NCBI RefSeq assembly: GCF_001447785.1
Contig: NW_015171537.1
Location: 325,112 to 389,111, forward strand
DNA length: 64,000 nucleotides
Reading direction: 5' to 3'
DNA from: Gekko japonicus
Lineage: Eukaryota
Part shown: positions 37,750 to 50,947 of the stretch, piece by piece
Layout: each line of letters opens with the position of its first letter
How positions within the stretch are numbered: position 1 is the first letter of the stretch
The notes under the pieces: generated by a model
Databases searched by the model: none
What the model saw: only the letters and a program-made list of their open reading frames with translations
Told to the model about the DNA's origin: nothing
Program-made: the position numbers and the translations under genes

Positions 37750-40657
37750 GTAAGCGTCCTTGAGCTCTGATTTCAAATAGGTCTACAAATTGAACTGATT
37801 GTGAACTCTTGTCAGCTACATGTGCTCTTCCCACTGGGTCCTGTCTGCTTAAACCACCATGATATTGCAGGGATATAAATGGATCTCTCAGATACGCAAA
37901 CATACTCTCACCAGATAGTTAAGGGTGAAGTGCTCTGAAGAAGGACCGAGAGATGCCTATATTTATTTATTTTTATTTATTTGTTTGATTGATTTTTACC
38001 CTGCCCTCCCCGCCTTCAGGTTTGACCACATTGGTCTGCAGGGGTTGATGTTACTATATGGTTGTTCATGCTTTACGGCTAGATTGTTTAATGGGACAGA
38101 TGGGGTGGACCAGGGGTTGCTAATATTGTGCATGCCAAGTGTTTTCAGAAAATAGCTGGGACCAGACGGGGCTTTTGCCTAGCAGGGTTTCTGACTGGCT
38201 ACTGGAGATCTGATTGGCTCTCATGGTAAGCTGGGTGTATGCAAGAAAATATTTTTAAACAGTATTTTTATTTTAGAAGGCATCCCATTAAACCAAATTG
38301 CCTGAGTTGAAGAGTTAAGTTGAAGGGCTGTCTTATACAGGGATCCATAGTAGTGGTCAGTTAGATCTGTTGTGTTGAACAGGTATCTTATGCTTGGGTT
38401 CTTGCAGAGTTTTGGTTATTTCCACATTAACTGAGTTTGAAATGACAAGGAAAGAAGAACGGGGGAGGTATGAGCTGGGTGATGAGGAGGCACCAAGAGC
38501 AGACATCCAAATATGCTGCCCTCCCTCCCCAATGCTGCAAGCCACTGACAGCTCCTTTTGCTTAGTTTTCTGAGTCTTTAACCAACAGGTTGAGATAGAG
38601 AATACCCTTCCTGTATCGATATATAGGGTGCCACTTGCATCCATTACCAGAAAGGCTTTGATTCTGAAATGTGGGACAAAACCTAGAATTCACAGTGAAT
38701 GCAAGCCACATGGAGTCATGTGTCATTCTGACAGCTGTGCCGCTGTGTCATCTGCCAATAAGTCCTTAGGGCAATAAAGCATGTGGGGGTAAGGCATGCA
38801 GAAGTAACTTCCAGATGGAACAAGGCTGCATGATGCCAAAGATCTGGTAGGTGTTTCTGATGGTGAACTAGCCACTTGTAGGCTTCCTTTCATAGCAACA
38901 TGCCCAAAGTGCAGCACACAGTACTGATTTTGCTTCCATTAGGCACCCTTCCATTTTAGAACATCTCTCAACATTGGATCACAACGTTCAGTCCCTGACA
39001 GTTTAGTGCGTCAGAGAGGCATTAGCTGCCCCCCCTCCAGTACTGTATGTACATTTGTCTAGTGGCAGCCACTGCTGTCTCAACACCACTTTGACCTTCA
39101 AAGGAATGTATGCTGTGGATTTGTGCAATGGAGGAGCAAATTCCTGAAAGTAACTCCGAAGAACATCTGTCAATTCCTGACACGTCCAGGTGCTCAGGCA
39201 GCAGAGATCTTGCTGCGTTCCAGCCCTTCATGGTTCCCTAGGGCTTTGGGTTCATCAACTACTTTTTTATGGCTCTATTGCTCAGAATAGTGAAGAATAA
39301 GTAAAGAGTAAACTACATTCTACAGGATGAGCAATGAGTCCAATAAGGGGAGCTGAAGCACGCAGTCATCAAAGCTCTGCTTTCCAGTCAAACATGATGT
39401 TGTGTTGATGGACGAGGGGCATAAGAATGGCTGCACAATGCCTTGTGATGAGCCATCCATCTAAATTCAGAGGCAAAGGGCCTGATTTTAGCCCCTGTCA
39501 CCTGATAATAAGAGAAACACTGTCTGCTGAGGCATGTTGGAGTTTCTCATTTTGTCCCTGTTGTGATTGCTATTGCTGCAGCTGGTGTTATTGTTATTTT
39601 AATGCTGTCCTGATAGCCAAGAGAGCAGCATCCCGTGGCAGCAAGTTAAAAAGTTTGTTGAGCTGAAACTCTTCTTTTAATCATAGCCATGTTAATTTCT
39701 ATGGAATATCTTTTAAAAAATAAGAATGTGTATGCATTTCTGTTATTATTCGGGATCTGAGAGCTCTGTAATGCTCCCTGACCTTGTTTAGGATACTTCA
39801 GAGCATCTCTCTACATTGGCTCTGCATATTTCAGTTGTGAATCAGAGTGTAATTGAGCAATCTGCACCTCTCCAGTATCCTTTAAGTCTGCTGCACATCT
39901 TGAAGATAGAATGTGGTAAAATCCAACATTTTTTAAAATCTACTTAATTTTTATCCCACCCTTCCTCCAAGTTGTTCAGGGCAGAGTACATCGACCCCTG
40001 CATTAATTTATCTTTACAACAGCCTTGTGAGGTAGGTTAGGCTGAGAGAAGGTGTCTGGCTCAAGGTTGCCCAGTGTGCTTTACGGATGAATTGGGATTT
40101 GAGTACAGGTTGCCCCACATACTATGATCCTCTAATTCCTGGCTTTCTTAGTAGTGGGGACAGGTGGGGGGTTTGCAGTGAGAACAGAGCCATAAAAAAG
40201 CACAGCTCTTTGGAAAAAAATGTTTGTAGTTAGGGGTAAATACATTTTCTGTAACATCGCTTTGGTGGGCTTTCCTTGATAGGGAGTACCATATTATGAA
40301 AGAATCATAAGCACATGAGTAACATCAGGAGATTGATTTAGATCATCAGGTTCCAGAAAGTTTTCTTGTTGTTGTTTTAAGCTAGATTGTGACCATTGTC
40401 ACCTCTTGGCATTATTCATGGGCATCAGTGATGCTGGTTGCTCTCCATGGTGCTGAATATAGACTTTTTGTTTGCCCCAAGAAACAAAGGCCTGGTTCAG
40501 ATGGTCTAGGAGGTTATCAGCCTTCAGCTCATTGGTCAAGCCATCAAGTGATTTGCAAAGTCCCTGCCCTCAGGGTCATGAGCCCCTCTAGAGCTGTCAT
40601 TTTTGGCTGCCTTTCAGAAGGGTCTGGTGGTGGAGCATATGCTTAGAAAGCAAATTA

Positions 40658-41612
40658 TATAAGAACATAAGAGAGGTCATGTTGGATCAGACCAATGGCC
40701 CATCCAGGCCAGCACTCTGTGTCACACAGTAGCCAAAACCCAGGTGTCATCAGGAGGTCTACCAGCAGGGCCAGAACTCCAGAAGCCTCCCTACTGCTGT
40801 CCCCCTAACATCAAGAATACAGAGTATCACTGCCCCAAACATAGTGTTCCATTTATACCTTATGACCTTTGCTCCATATGTTTATCCAGTCCCCTCTTGA
40901 AGCTGTCTATGCCTGTAGCCACCACCACTTCTTGTGGCACTGAATTCCACATGTTAATTACTCTTTGGATGAAGAAGTACTTCCTTTTAGCTATTCTGAG
41001 TCTACTGCTCATTAATTTCATTGAGTGTTCACAACTTCTTCCATTATGAGAAAGGGAGAAATGTACTTCTTTCTGTCTTCTCTATCCCATGCATAATTCT
41101 GTAAACCTCTATCATGTTACCTCTCAATCATCATTTCTCCAGGCTACAGAGCCCTAACCTCTTTAACCTTTCTTCATAGGGAAGGTGTTCTATCCCCTGG
41201 ATCATTTTAGTTGCCCTTTTCTGCACCTTTTCCAATGCTATATCTTTTTTGAGGTGCAGTGACCAGAACTGTACATGATATTCCAAATGAGGCAGCACCA
41301 TCGATTTATACAGGGGCATTATGATACTAGCTGATTTGTTTTCAATCCTCTTCCTAATAATCCCTAGCATAGCATTTACCTTTGTTTATTGCAGTTGCAC
41401 ACTGAGTCGACATCTTCAGTGAGTGACTCCAACATCTCTCTCCTGATCAGTTAGCACAGGTTCAGACCACATTAACATATATTTATAATTAGGGGTTTTG
41501 TCTCCAATGTGCATTACTTTGCATTTGCCCATGTTGAACCACATTTGCCACATTGACTCTCACTTGCCCAGCCTTGACACATCCCTCTGGAGTGCCTCAC
41601 AGTCCTCCCTAG
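40658..41612 (-). mobile_element. CR1 LINE 3' fragment
   Basis: MLGIIRK...LYKSMVLPHLEY.VQFWS.HLKKD..LEKVQKRATKMI...[10 protein letters not shown]; 3' UTR ending tcttatgttcttat. Confidence 0.93.
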
Positions 41613-42365
41613 TGCCATGGTTCCTGAGAGGAGCCACAGGACAGATCTCTGAACAGTGGAGAAGGTTTCCCTGTGGCTCTGACCTTTGGTTTGTTCATCA
41701 CTACAGTATAATTCCTGGTATTCATCTTGTATTTTCAGTCTTCAGCCCTCTTAATCTTCTGCCCAAAGCCCTTGGCGTGGCACCAGTGAGGTCATAACTC
41801 TGGCTTCCCTTCTTCTTGCCATATGGCTGTGATATCACATGGCCATAGCTCAGTGAGTCTTTTATCTGGAAAGGCTGAGGAACTCATGGCAGCTTCCCTT
41901 AGCTGGGTTTTCTGCATTCTGAGCAGTCACTACACATGGCTGTGGCTGCTAAAACTTCCCCGTGTTTGCATTCCTGATGTTATATCTGTTCATGCGAAAA
42001 CCTAACAATTAGTTGTGAGTTTAAACTGGCATTGATTTAGCTCAAAACCTCAGAAATTCCCCTTATCATGAAATTCAGGGTCTCTCCCAATGTATTTTTC
42101 TTTTCAAATGGAAAACTGCTTTTCATGGCAAATACATACAGTGAAAACTGAAATGGGACCTGAAATGCCACATTGTTCTGTGTATAGGTATTGCGGCTCT
42201 GGAGGATGTGGGTTTTTGGAGGGGAGAGGGGCACAGACACCTGCTGCTGATCTCTGCCACCTTTTTCACTCCATCACCAGGTCCTACTGTGAACCAGTGA
42301 GGGGATTGCCATGTGCCCTTTGCTTCCCATTTCTAAAATGTCTGAAGAGTCTAGATTGTTTCAGC

Positions 42366-42706
42366 CAGGGCTATTTTTGGGCAGGAACGCACAGGAACGG
42401 AGTTCCGGCTGGCTCCCAAGCTGGCCACGCCCAGCAGGAACTCATTAGCATAATAGACCACACCCAACAGCAGAAACTCATTAGGATTGGCTACAATTAG
42501 GGGTGTGTGGCCTAACATGCAAAAAGCCCTGGGTTTTGACAACAAACAAGGTAAAGAGAATAAGAAGCAATAGGTGGGTGTGGCTGGATGACCACACTTC
42601 TGGTAACATGGGGGTGTGGCCTAATATGCAAATGAGCTGTGCTGTCAGGGTGTGGCCTAATATGCTAACGAGTTCCTGCTGGGCTTTTTCTACAAAAAAA
42701 GCCCTG
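42366..42706. mobile_element. hAT-type non-autonomous element
   Basis: cagggctattttt...aaaaaaagccctg; TSD gtttcagc / ctttcagc. Confidence 0.85.
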
Positions 42707-43162
42707 CTTTCAGCCATGCGTGTGGTGTGATTTATGGCTACTATGTTTTATAGTTAATAAAAATACATATAGCCCTTATGTATTACACAGATGACAGAAG
42801 AATATCACAACTAGCAGTGTGATCCTATATCACAAATTTAGACAAGTCCCACCCTTGTGATATTGTAGAACAGCTTCTGTGATAAGTTGTAGTAAATGAC
42901 GATTATCTAGATGCAAGCCCATTTCATAGCTGATCTTCTCTCAGAAGTTATTCTTAGTGGATCTTCTTCAGACGTTGTTGCCCTAGAATTAACCATAATC
43001 ATTATAACACAAGGGACACTACATAGCTGAATGGAATCTTAGTATTATAAAGGAGCATATGCTGTGTTATATAAAACATAGTAGCCATGAATCACAGTGA
43101 TTGCTTGGTTGTGGGTTTTTACACTGTGATCCCGATTTGATTTTCTGCTCTTATATAGAGGC

Positions 43163-43196
<34 letters not shown>
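43163..43196. repeat. (AAT)n microsatellite
   Basis: About 9-10 taa repeats. Confidence 0.9.
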
Positions 43197-43197
<1 letters not shown>

Positions 43198-43481
43198 GAC
43201 ACTTTTCTTCCACTTTCCCCCATTTCTTACAACACACATCTGCACTTACCAGGTTTTGTGAGCTTCTTCCGCCTCCTGTTTATGGGATAGAATATTTGAC
43301 TTCCTTAACATCAGCTTTAATATCTATGGTGTTTTTTTTCCTTTCCACCCCTGCAAGTTGGACTGTTTTAACCTTCTCTGTCTCCTGACCCCCCCCCCCC
43401 CCCCCCCAATCACTCCTGCCATTTTGAAGGATTGGCTTTTGTTTGTTATTCATTGTTCCTTTTGTGTGGGTTCTCTCTCAG

Positions 43482-43670
43482 CTGTGTTGAGGAATACAAG
43501 CTGGCTCCAGATGGCAAATCCTGCCTCATGTTATCAGACATCTGTGAGGGCCCCAAGTGCCTCAAACCAGATACAAAATTCAACGACACTCTCTTTGGGG
43601 AAATGCTGCACGGCTACAACAACAGAACCCAACATGTCAACCAAGGGCAGGTTTTCCAGATGACATTCAG
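43482..43670 (+). CDS. ASTN2: Astrotactin-2 internal coding exon C, CVEEYKLAPDGKSCLMLSDICEGPKCLKPDTKFNDTLFGEMLHGYNNRTQHVNQGQVFQMTF(R)
   Basis: Acceptor ttctctctcAG at 43480-81, donor GTatgt at 43671; 189 nt, phase 2 to phase 2. GG|C completes Gly with exon B. Matches recalled ASTN2. Confidence 0.96.
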
Positions 43671-44037
43671 GTATGTGTTGTCATATTCCCCCTTTCCCTT
43701 TTAGTAGAGTGAAACAGATCTGCAAATTCAGGTTCTTATGCTCAGAATCATGCATTTGCAATACTATATATCTCTAGATGGACCTGGGCATGCCTGTGCA
43801 TCTGCTAGCATTTGAAAGGCATTGTGGCTCTTTAGACTGAAAGAAGTATTGTCTTGGTGCTGAAAGAATTTTGCAAGAAATTCAAGGCTTAAGAGTGTAA
43901 CAAGTTTTGCAGAGTTGTTCTGGGGAAGGAATGTTAGCACTCTTATGGCAGATGGAAGTCGGAACTTGGGGCAATCCTTGTGGTACCTGCATCATGAGTA
44001 TGAGTTCTGCTTCTTAATCTCCATCCAGAATGGATGT

Positions 44038-44242
44038 GTGGATGTGGCTCAGTGGAAGGGCCTGTGCTTGGCCTGCAGAAGATCCCAGGTTCAATCCCTG
44101 GCATCTCCATTTAAAAGACTCTGGCAATAGGTGATGTGAAAGACCCCAGCCTGACATGCTGGAGAGCCTCTGCCAGTCTGTGTAGACAGTACTGACCTCG
44201 ATGGGCCAATGGTCTGATTCAGTATCAGGCCACTTCATGTGT
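44038..44242 (+). mobile_element. tRNA-derived SINE with CR1-like tail
   Basis: gtggctcagtgg A box, ggttcaatccc B box, gatgggccaatggtctgattcagtat...cttcatgtg tail; decayed relatives at ~27070-27240 and ~26190-26335. Confidence 0.8.
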
Positions 44243-47200
44243 GTGCATGACTGCAGGTGGGCACATGCACGTACCACTTTGGAATAACATGAACTTTGTC
44301 TAGATTTCCATGTTTTGCAGCACTAACAAAGTTACATAGCTCCAAATGGTAACACCTTGCCTGCTATTCACAAGCATGTGCTCTTATTTGTCTATAATCC
44401 TTTAAGCCTACTTCAATTACCCAATTAACAGCAAATAAGTTGTCCTAGAATTGATCCACTCTCATTTATAACTAAAAAAAATAGAAAAGGGGGGGTCAGT
44501 TTGTGAGAAGTGTTTTGCTTTTTTTTCTGAAATGTACATGCAACACACTCTAAATTTCTGCAATCTCCAGTCTGTTCAGTGGAACCCCTCCTGTTTTTAA
44601 GGCTTTGTTGAAATATTTCCATAAACTTTCAGGCATTAGAAAAGGTATTCTGCAGCATGCAGTCATGACTACAGTGATGCATACTGTTAATCTCCAACCT
44701 GGAGAAAAGGATATTGTGCCCAAGGAACAGTGTGATGTAGTTCATTTTTGAAGCTAAGATCTGGGCTTTGCTGAGAAGCCTGCAGGCCATGAACTCTTTT
44801 GAGGAAGAATGGAATAACTGTAATGCATTTTTTAAAACTTGCTGAATGCAACCTCTGTCTTGCTCCAACAAGCAGCCGATTTGATGAGGCTCAAAGCAGA
44901 TATGTCCGCACACCAGCAGACTTGGATATATTATTGCTTCCCTTCTTGCTGTATCTCAAGTTGGATGCCTGGTTATATGGGTGTGTGGGAGGTGCTTCAA
45001 GGCCCTTTGGAGAGATTCCTCTGGCAGCAATCTGGCCTCTGTCCCCTTTTGTTGTTCTCCTGATCTGGAGAAGCTCAGTTTATATATTGGCTCCAGGGAG
45101 GGGCCTGGATCTGTGTGGTCAAGGGAAGTCAAGACTCAGACCCCCAAGGCTATGTAGTAGCCATAAAGGTTTTTATAACTCTTTCCCTTCCTCCTCTTTT
45201 CTTCCTTTATGGTCTGAATTGCCCAATTTCATCTGCAGTTTTACTGGCAAGCTGAAGTTGGACACAGCTGCTGTGTCAATGACAGCTGGGACGATTAGAG
45301 TCCTGCGAGTCATCTGCTGATTCAGCAGCCCTGTTCTCCACCGCCCTCCTCACCAGATAAAGGTTGATGATGTTGCAAATCTTAAAAGGCTCTTCATGTC
45401 ACAATAGACAGTGGTTTGTTCACGAGAGGCTGCCCTGGGGCACTCAACAGCTTTCCGAAGGCCTTGGAGAATAATTAGGGAGAAATTCTGGAAGAGCATC
45501 TGTGTTCATCTGTAGCAGTGAGAAGGCAAACATGGTTGTGAAATCAGAAAGGGGATGGGGGGGATGGGGCTGTTGCCCGGACAGAGATCTGTGCAAAGAA
45601 GTATCTTGCTGTCCAGTCAGAGTGCCAATCCAGATACTTTGTATACTTCGAACAGACTCTTTTCTAATTGTTTTGAGTGTCCCTGCATAAATGATAAAAT
45701 GCAATAGTGGTCTGATTCAGAGGAAGTTGTGCGTGTTCATCTGTGTTCAAGAAGGGATGTTGGATATAGCTATAAAAAGTGCACAGTGTTTTCCAGTAGA
45801 GAGGCATACAGGAAACACGAGGGCATTCAGTTGGACTTGTTCCAACAAGTTGATTAGTGTAGTTCTTCTGTGGTGTGAGGTATGTGTTGGAACTTAGTTT
45901 TGTTGTTTTCTATTAATAAATTATATTGGTTTTTAAAAAATGAAACTTGAAATTCAAGCTGAGGTTCTTGGGCATTTGAGGAATTTATGTATTTGTATTT
46001 ATTTTTACTTTTTAATGACTGTTCTTCCTCTAAAGACTTCAGAGTGGTATACATGGTTTCTTCTTCTCCTCTTCTCTCATGTGTCCTCACCAACCACAAC
46101 CCTGTGAAGTAGGTCAGGCTGAGAATTGATTGGTCAGGGGTTACTACAGTGAGCTTCGAGGCAGAGTGGGGATAAAAACCTACACCCCCCCATGGCCTGA
46201 GTCCGCCACTGTAGTCGCTCTGCCACATTGGTTCTTTTACGTCCTGCACTTCTCTTCCCTCCCTCTAAGGAACTCAACATGGCATTTTAGCATCATCATG
46301 AACTCTGTAATGTGACTGAGACTGAAAGAGGGAGAGACTTGTTGAAGGCCATCCAGTAAATTTCATAGCTGAATGAAGTCCCCACATACAATTTAGGATT
46401 TTCTAGCCACTTTCTGTACCTGGATGTAGGCAGGTAGCTGATCCATTTGCCTGTGCCCAGACCCATTCTGAACTTACATGAAACAGTACTTGGGAGCAGT
46501 CTGTCATAAGTGGGATTGATGATGGGTACCAGCAACCCTGAAAGAGCCCTGCATGCTCTTCTGAGTCCCTAGCAGGTTTATCATGTCTTTTGCACACCTC
46601 TGTCCACACATGTGAGCTGGGAATACATTACCTCCGGGGGGGGGGAGCTTTTCTTGCCAAAAGGGCTCCTGGGCAAGTGGGGGGAAAACCCACACCTGGT
46701 GTGAGCACTGTTGAGAAATGCATGATTCTCCTTTGCTGGTTGTGTGTGATGTAGCTTCTGAACTCTGTGGTGTGTCAAGAGCAGCTGTAGATGTTACAGG
46801 GTGGTACCCAATGAGAGTGGGAAAGGGCACAAGTGCCTCTTGCTTCCTATTCCCTGTGCTCATTCATGTTGTCCAAAATAGAACTGCCTCTTTCTCATTC
46901 ACACACATAGCAAGATGTACAAGTTCCATGGACAAAAGACAGCTTGCATGTCTCATTACAAACTGTCCCATACCTCTCCAGGATGAAAAGTGTAGAGTAG
47001 TGGTTAGATCAGGACTGGAGAGACCCACCTTCAGATCCCTACTATGCTATGAGACTCATTGGGGGGGGGGGGGGGTTGGATCAGTTACTTTCTTTGCCTA
47101 ACCTAACCTTCCCTTGTAAGGTGGTTGTGGGGAGAGAATGGGGAGGAGAGAATCATGGACACTACCACAAGGAAGAGGAAAAATCTCATAGGTGATAGAG

Positions 47201-48262
47201 GAAATAAAATAAGTGGGAGAAGCAGATGTGATGCATCTTTCTTCCCCCTATAGTATTCAAAACAGAGACCTACAAAGGCATGAGGACCATGCACAGCCCA
47301 CTCCCTCATGTCCTTTGGTGCTCGAAGCTGTTCTTCATTGTGCACATAAACAGAGATGATCAGCATAGGTCAGATGTGCCATTTTGCAGTTACCAATCTC
47401 TCTCCTTTCTGCTCTCTCTCTTTTAGAATGAAAAGATAAACAATGCCTTACAACTGCTGTGAAAAGAAATGATACACATATTGTAAAGCACGGTGCATAG
47501 CAAGTGTACATTTTTTGTGTATTTCTACATCTTAATGCTGGGTCTCTTTCTGACAATTATGTCACTAGTGCTAATTTTCTGGATTTAAATGTATGCTTTT
47601 AGCTTGTCTGTACACTTCTGTGTACAGCATTTGCATGTGGAGTCTTTGTCTAGTTGCTGTGCAGGGACAGGTGCTGTGGGGTTGGAACAACATTCCATCA
47701 CCCTGTGACAAGGGATGAGAAGGGAAGCTTAATAGGGGAGAAATTATTAACTTAAAAGATGCAATTTGGCCTAATTTTCGTTGATATTCAAGGACCTCTC
47801 TAAGCACCAAGGGTACCAGCTGTTTGAGAAGCCCTTAATTTGGTGCGTGTGAAACATAGCAGGAAACCGCCTAATACAGGGGATTAAAAGCTTTCTTTGG
47901 CAAATCAGGAGCACACCGTCAGAATCAAGGGACTGCATCTTTTGGAGAGATTGATAGTTCCTTGGATCCCTCAGCTAAAAGAATGAGTCAGCCTGCTTCC
48001 CAGGTCTCTGTAGCTTCCTGAATAAATAAGTACATGTGTCAGCATGGGACGAGAACAGGCAATGGCTGCTAGAAGGTCTCTTTCCCGGACCTTTCCTGGG
48101 CCTTTATCCAAGTATCTTCTGGAGTCATACACCTTAGGCCAACTTTAGAGAACGAGCTAGGTAGGAAAGAACAGGGAGACCCAGAGAAGTTTGGATGGAG
48201 GCAAAAGAGTAAGTGTGGATTAAAGGTAATAATGCAATGAATGTACATCTTTCTACATCTTA

Positions 48263-48928
48263 GGGAGCGATGGTGCAGGTAGTACGACGCCTGCAGGTAA
48301 CATCAATAGCGAACAGCCACAATGGCTGTTCAAATCCCCACCGTGGCCGGGTTGAGCCCCCGGCCCCAGTCCCAGCTCCCGCCAACCCAGCGGCTCAAAA
48401 GTAATAACAAGTAGACAAATGGGTACCTGCCCTAGGTGACAGGGGGGCACCCTCCTCCTGGTTCGTGCCAGGAGTGCGGTCGATGGCGGCAGTGGCGGCA
48501 GGCGGAGCGGTGAGAGTAATGGCGGCGGAGCAGTGGCGGAGCAGCGACGATCCCAGGAGGCGGCGACCAGATTGAGTGGTGGAGGCGGAGCCAGGTTGAC
48601 GCAGCAACGAGGGGACGCAGCACGACAGGAGCCCAATGGGACGCATAGCCGGAAGCTGCGCCCCGAAGCAACTGCGCACCAGCGGGAGTCACCAGAGCCT
48701 GCCCGGAGACGGTTGCTAGCCATCCGAAGTCGTCCGAATCGTCAGGAACGAGGCCCGCCGGAGAAGGAATAAGATACGCCGCATGGGTGCTGGTAGGGAG
48801 CCCCCTCCCCGCGGAAATTGTGGCCCTAGTTAGGCATTCAACTACGCAAGTAGTTCATTGTAAACCGCTCTGAGACCCATTAGGGGTTATGAGCGGTATA
48901 GAAATCGAAATATATAAATATAAATATA
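48263..48928 (+). mobile_element. Unrecognised composite CpG-rich SINE-like element
   Basis: Pol III-like A/B boxes, a segment homologous to the Sauria SINE core, a GC-rich body, and an L2-type tail with (aaatat) repeats. Confidence 0.7.
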
Positions 48929-50741
48929 TACATCCCAGAAGAGTGAAGATTGAGCTTTTGAGAGGCACAAAAAGAACTTCAGCCCCCTCACTTGGTAGAG
49001 CTTCACTTTTTTGCTCCCAGTTTCATTCATTATTCTGATATGTCCCTGTTTCAGTGTGGTTTTTAGGGCTTCTTTCTTCTTCTTTATGTGACGTGCAGAT
49101 GTGATGATGATGACGATGACATGGCAACCAGTCAGAGTTGGCTGTCTGATGGGATCACAGGGCTTTACATTGCCCACAGTTGGAAGGGAAGGGAGAAAAG
49201 AGGAATGGGTCCCTATTGCTGAAATAAGGGAAGCAATGTTCTGTGACCTGTTGTGCTGTTCAGTTAATGTCATGGCCCACCAACATTACATGGCAAAGCT
49301 TCCCCTATAATCTAGCAGTAGGCATGCATAGGTTATGGACTTCAACAGGATTAGGATCTACATCTCCAGCAGCTTTCTGCCTGAACTAGCTAACAACATA
49401 AGATAGGACTGGGGCAAGGGGGAGTCGGACCTGTTGCCTGGACAATGGGATCAGCACTCACACACACTGTTGTTCAAGATGCCTCAGTATTGGCTCAGCA
49501 CTAATTACATTTGCAAAAATATAGAGAAAAATTGAACTTTGGGGTTGGAAGAGAGATGAAACAAATCAGCTATTGGCAAGCATATTTCCTCCCTTCATGA
49601 AAGGAAGATTTTTAGATCACTTCCTAGCAATTGGTTTTTCACCCCTTGTTGAGACTGCAGCTGGTGATTGCAAAAGAATAAAGATTGCATGTTGCTACTC
49701 CCCCCATGTTATATTGGTGAATTATCAATAAACATTAGGGGAATTGCTTGCAGCCACACAGCTTTATTTAGCTAGGGGCTCAGCTCTGGGTCCAAGATGT
49801 AAAGAGTGATCACAACTCTACCTCCCTTTTCTCCCCTGCAGGGCACATGTTTTGCTTAGCAGTGGGGCAGAGCTCAAGCTTTTGCTAGCTGTTCCCAAAT
49901 ATCAGAGGGGATTAGCCCTCAAATGGCTTGTTTGTTTCCTCCTAATCTGTTCTCCCTTCATCCTCTTCCCCTAGGGAATAAAAGGATTTCTTGTTTAAGA
50001 GCCGTTTGCACTTTGTAGTTTTAAGCTGTTTGTAGTTAGAAACCCCTAAATTATCACACAGGGCTTGGGACTTGGTTTGCTACATTATAAATGCCCAGAT
50101 AAAATATTTGACTGACAGGTTTCCTTTCTGTCTCTTTCCTCCTTTTTTGTTGTTTCGTTCCCTCTTGCTCATTTTCTCCCTTCTGTAAATTGAGGGGAAG
50201 CTGGTCTGATCTCCCTAAACTGGAAGGTCATACAGAACTGCCTGTCCCTTGCCTTCCCCTGTTCTGTCTGCTTTAGCCATGACTGATTTGATCTGTAGGC
50301 TGCCACTTGAGACTCCACTGCGTGGATAGCAACAGGCTGCTGTAGCTGATATGAGGCGCACGTCCCTAATTCCTGCTGTTATGCATTTAGGATCCCCAGG
50401 ACTTCATAGTAGGCATGCCAACAGCTAAGTAATAGACAAGGAGGATCGAGATCTGTAGGGAATCAAGGAAGCGTCAGGAAAAACAGCAAACAATCTTTAT
50501 AGCCAGGGAAGCTGAGGTCTTGTGGGATGGCTGGGGACAGTATAGTGGACCAAGACGTAGAGTGACATCACATCCCTGCAGAGCTCCCTCCCCTTCCCAA
50601 ACTCCGCCCTCCCCAAACACCACTTCCAACTCTTCAGAAATTCCATTATCTATTTATTTACTTCATTGTGAAGTAAAGATCCACCTGACAGGCTGAACTC
50701 CAGTGGCTTCTGAAACTAATAATTCCCAGGGAAGACTTGAG

Positions 50742-50947
50742 CAATGTTCCCTCTAAGATGTGGAGTCTTGTGAGCAAAATTTCTGCTTTGTGAGCTACTG
50801 GCATTAAAGTTGTGGGCGAGCAATTTGGCAATAGCATAAATTAGTTTGCTCTGGAGCTATCCTTCCTGAGCTAAGACAAAAATGTGTGAGCCGGAGGCTA
50901 AAAAACTGTGAGCTAGCTCACACTAACTCAGCTTAGAGGGAACACTG
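50742..50947. mobile_element. hAT-type MITE
   Basis: TIRs caatgttccctctaag / cttagagggaacactg; perfect TSD gacttgag. Confidence 0.92.

Noticed and set aside
43320-43360. Alternative acceptor or microexon upstream of exon C
   Set aside because: Pyrimidine tract and tgcaag are present but no good donor follows; exons B and C already join seamlessly.
11825-43670. ASTN1 assignment
   Set aside because: Diagnostic peptides ([40 protein letters not shown]) follow ASTN2 as recalled.
50105-50230. Long polypyrimidine tract as a cryptic or micro-exon
   Set aside because: The first AG is in a GAG context, there is no convincing donor, and no ASTN2-like peptide results.
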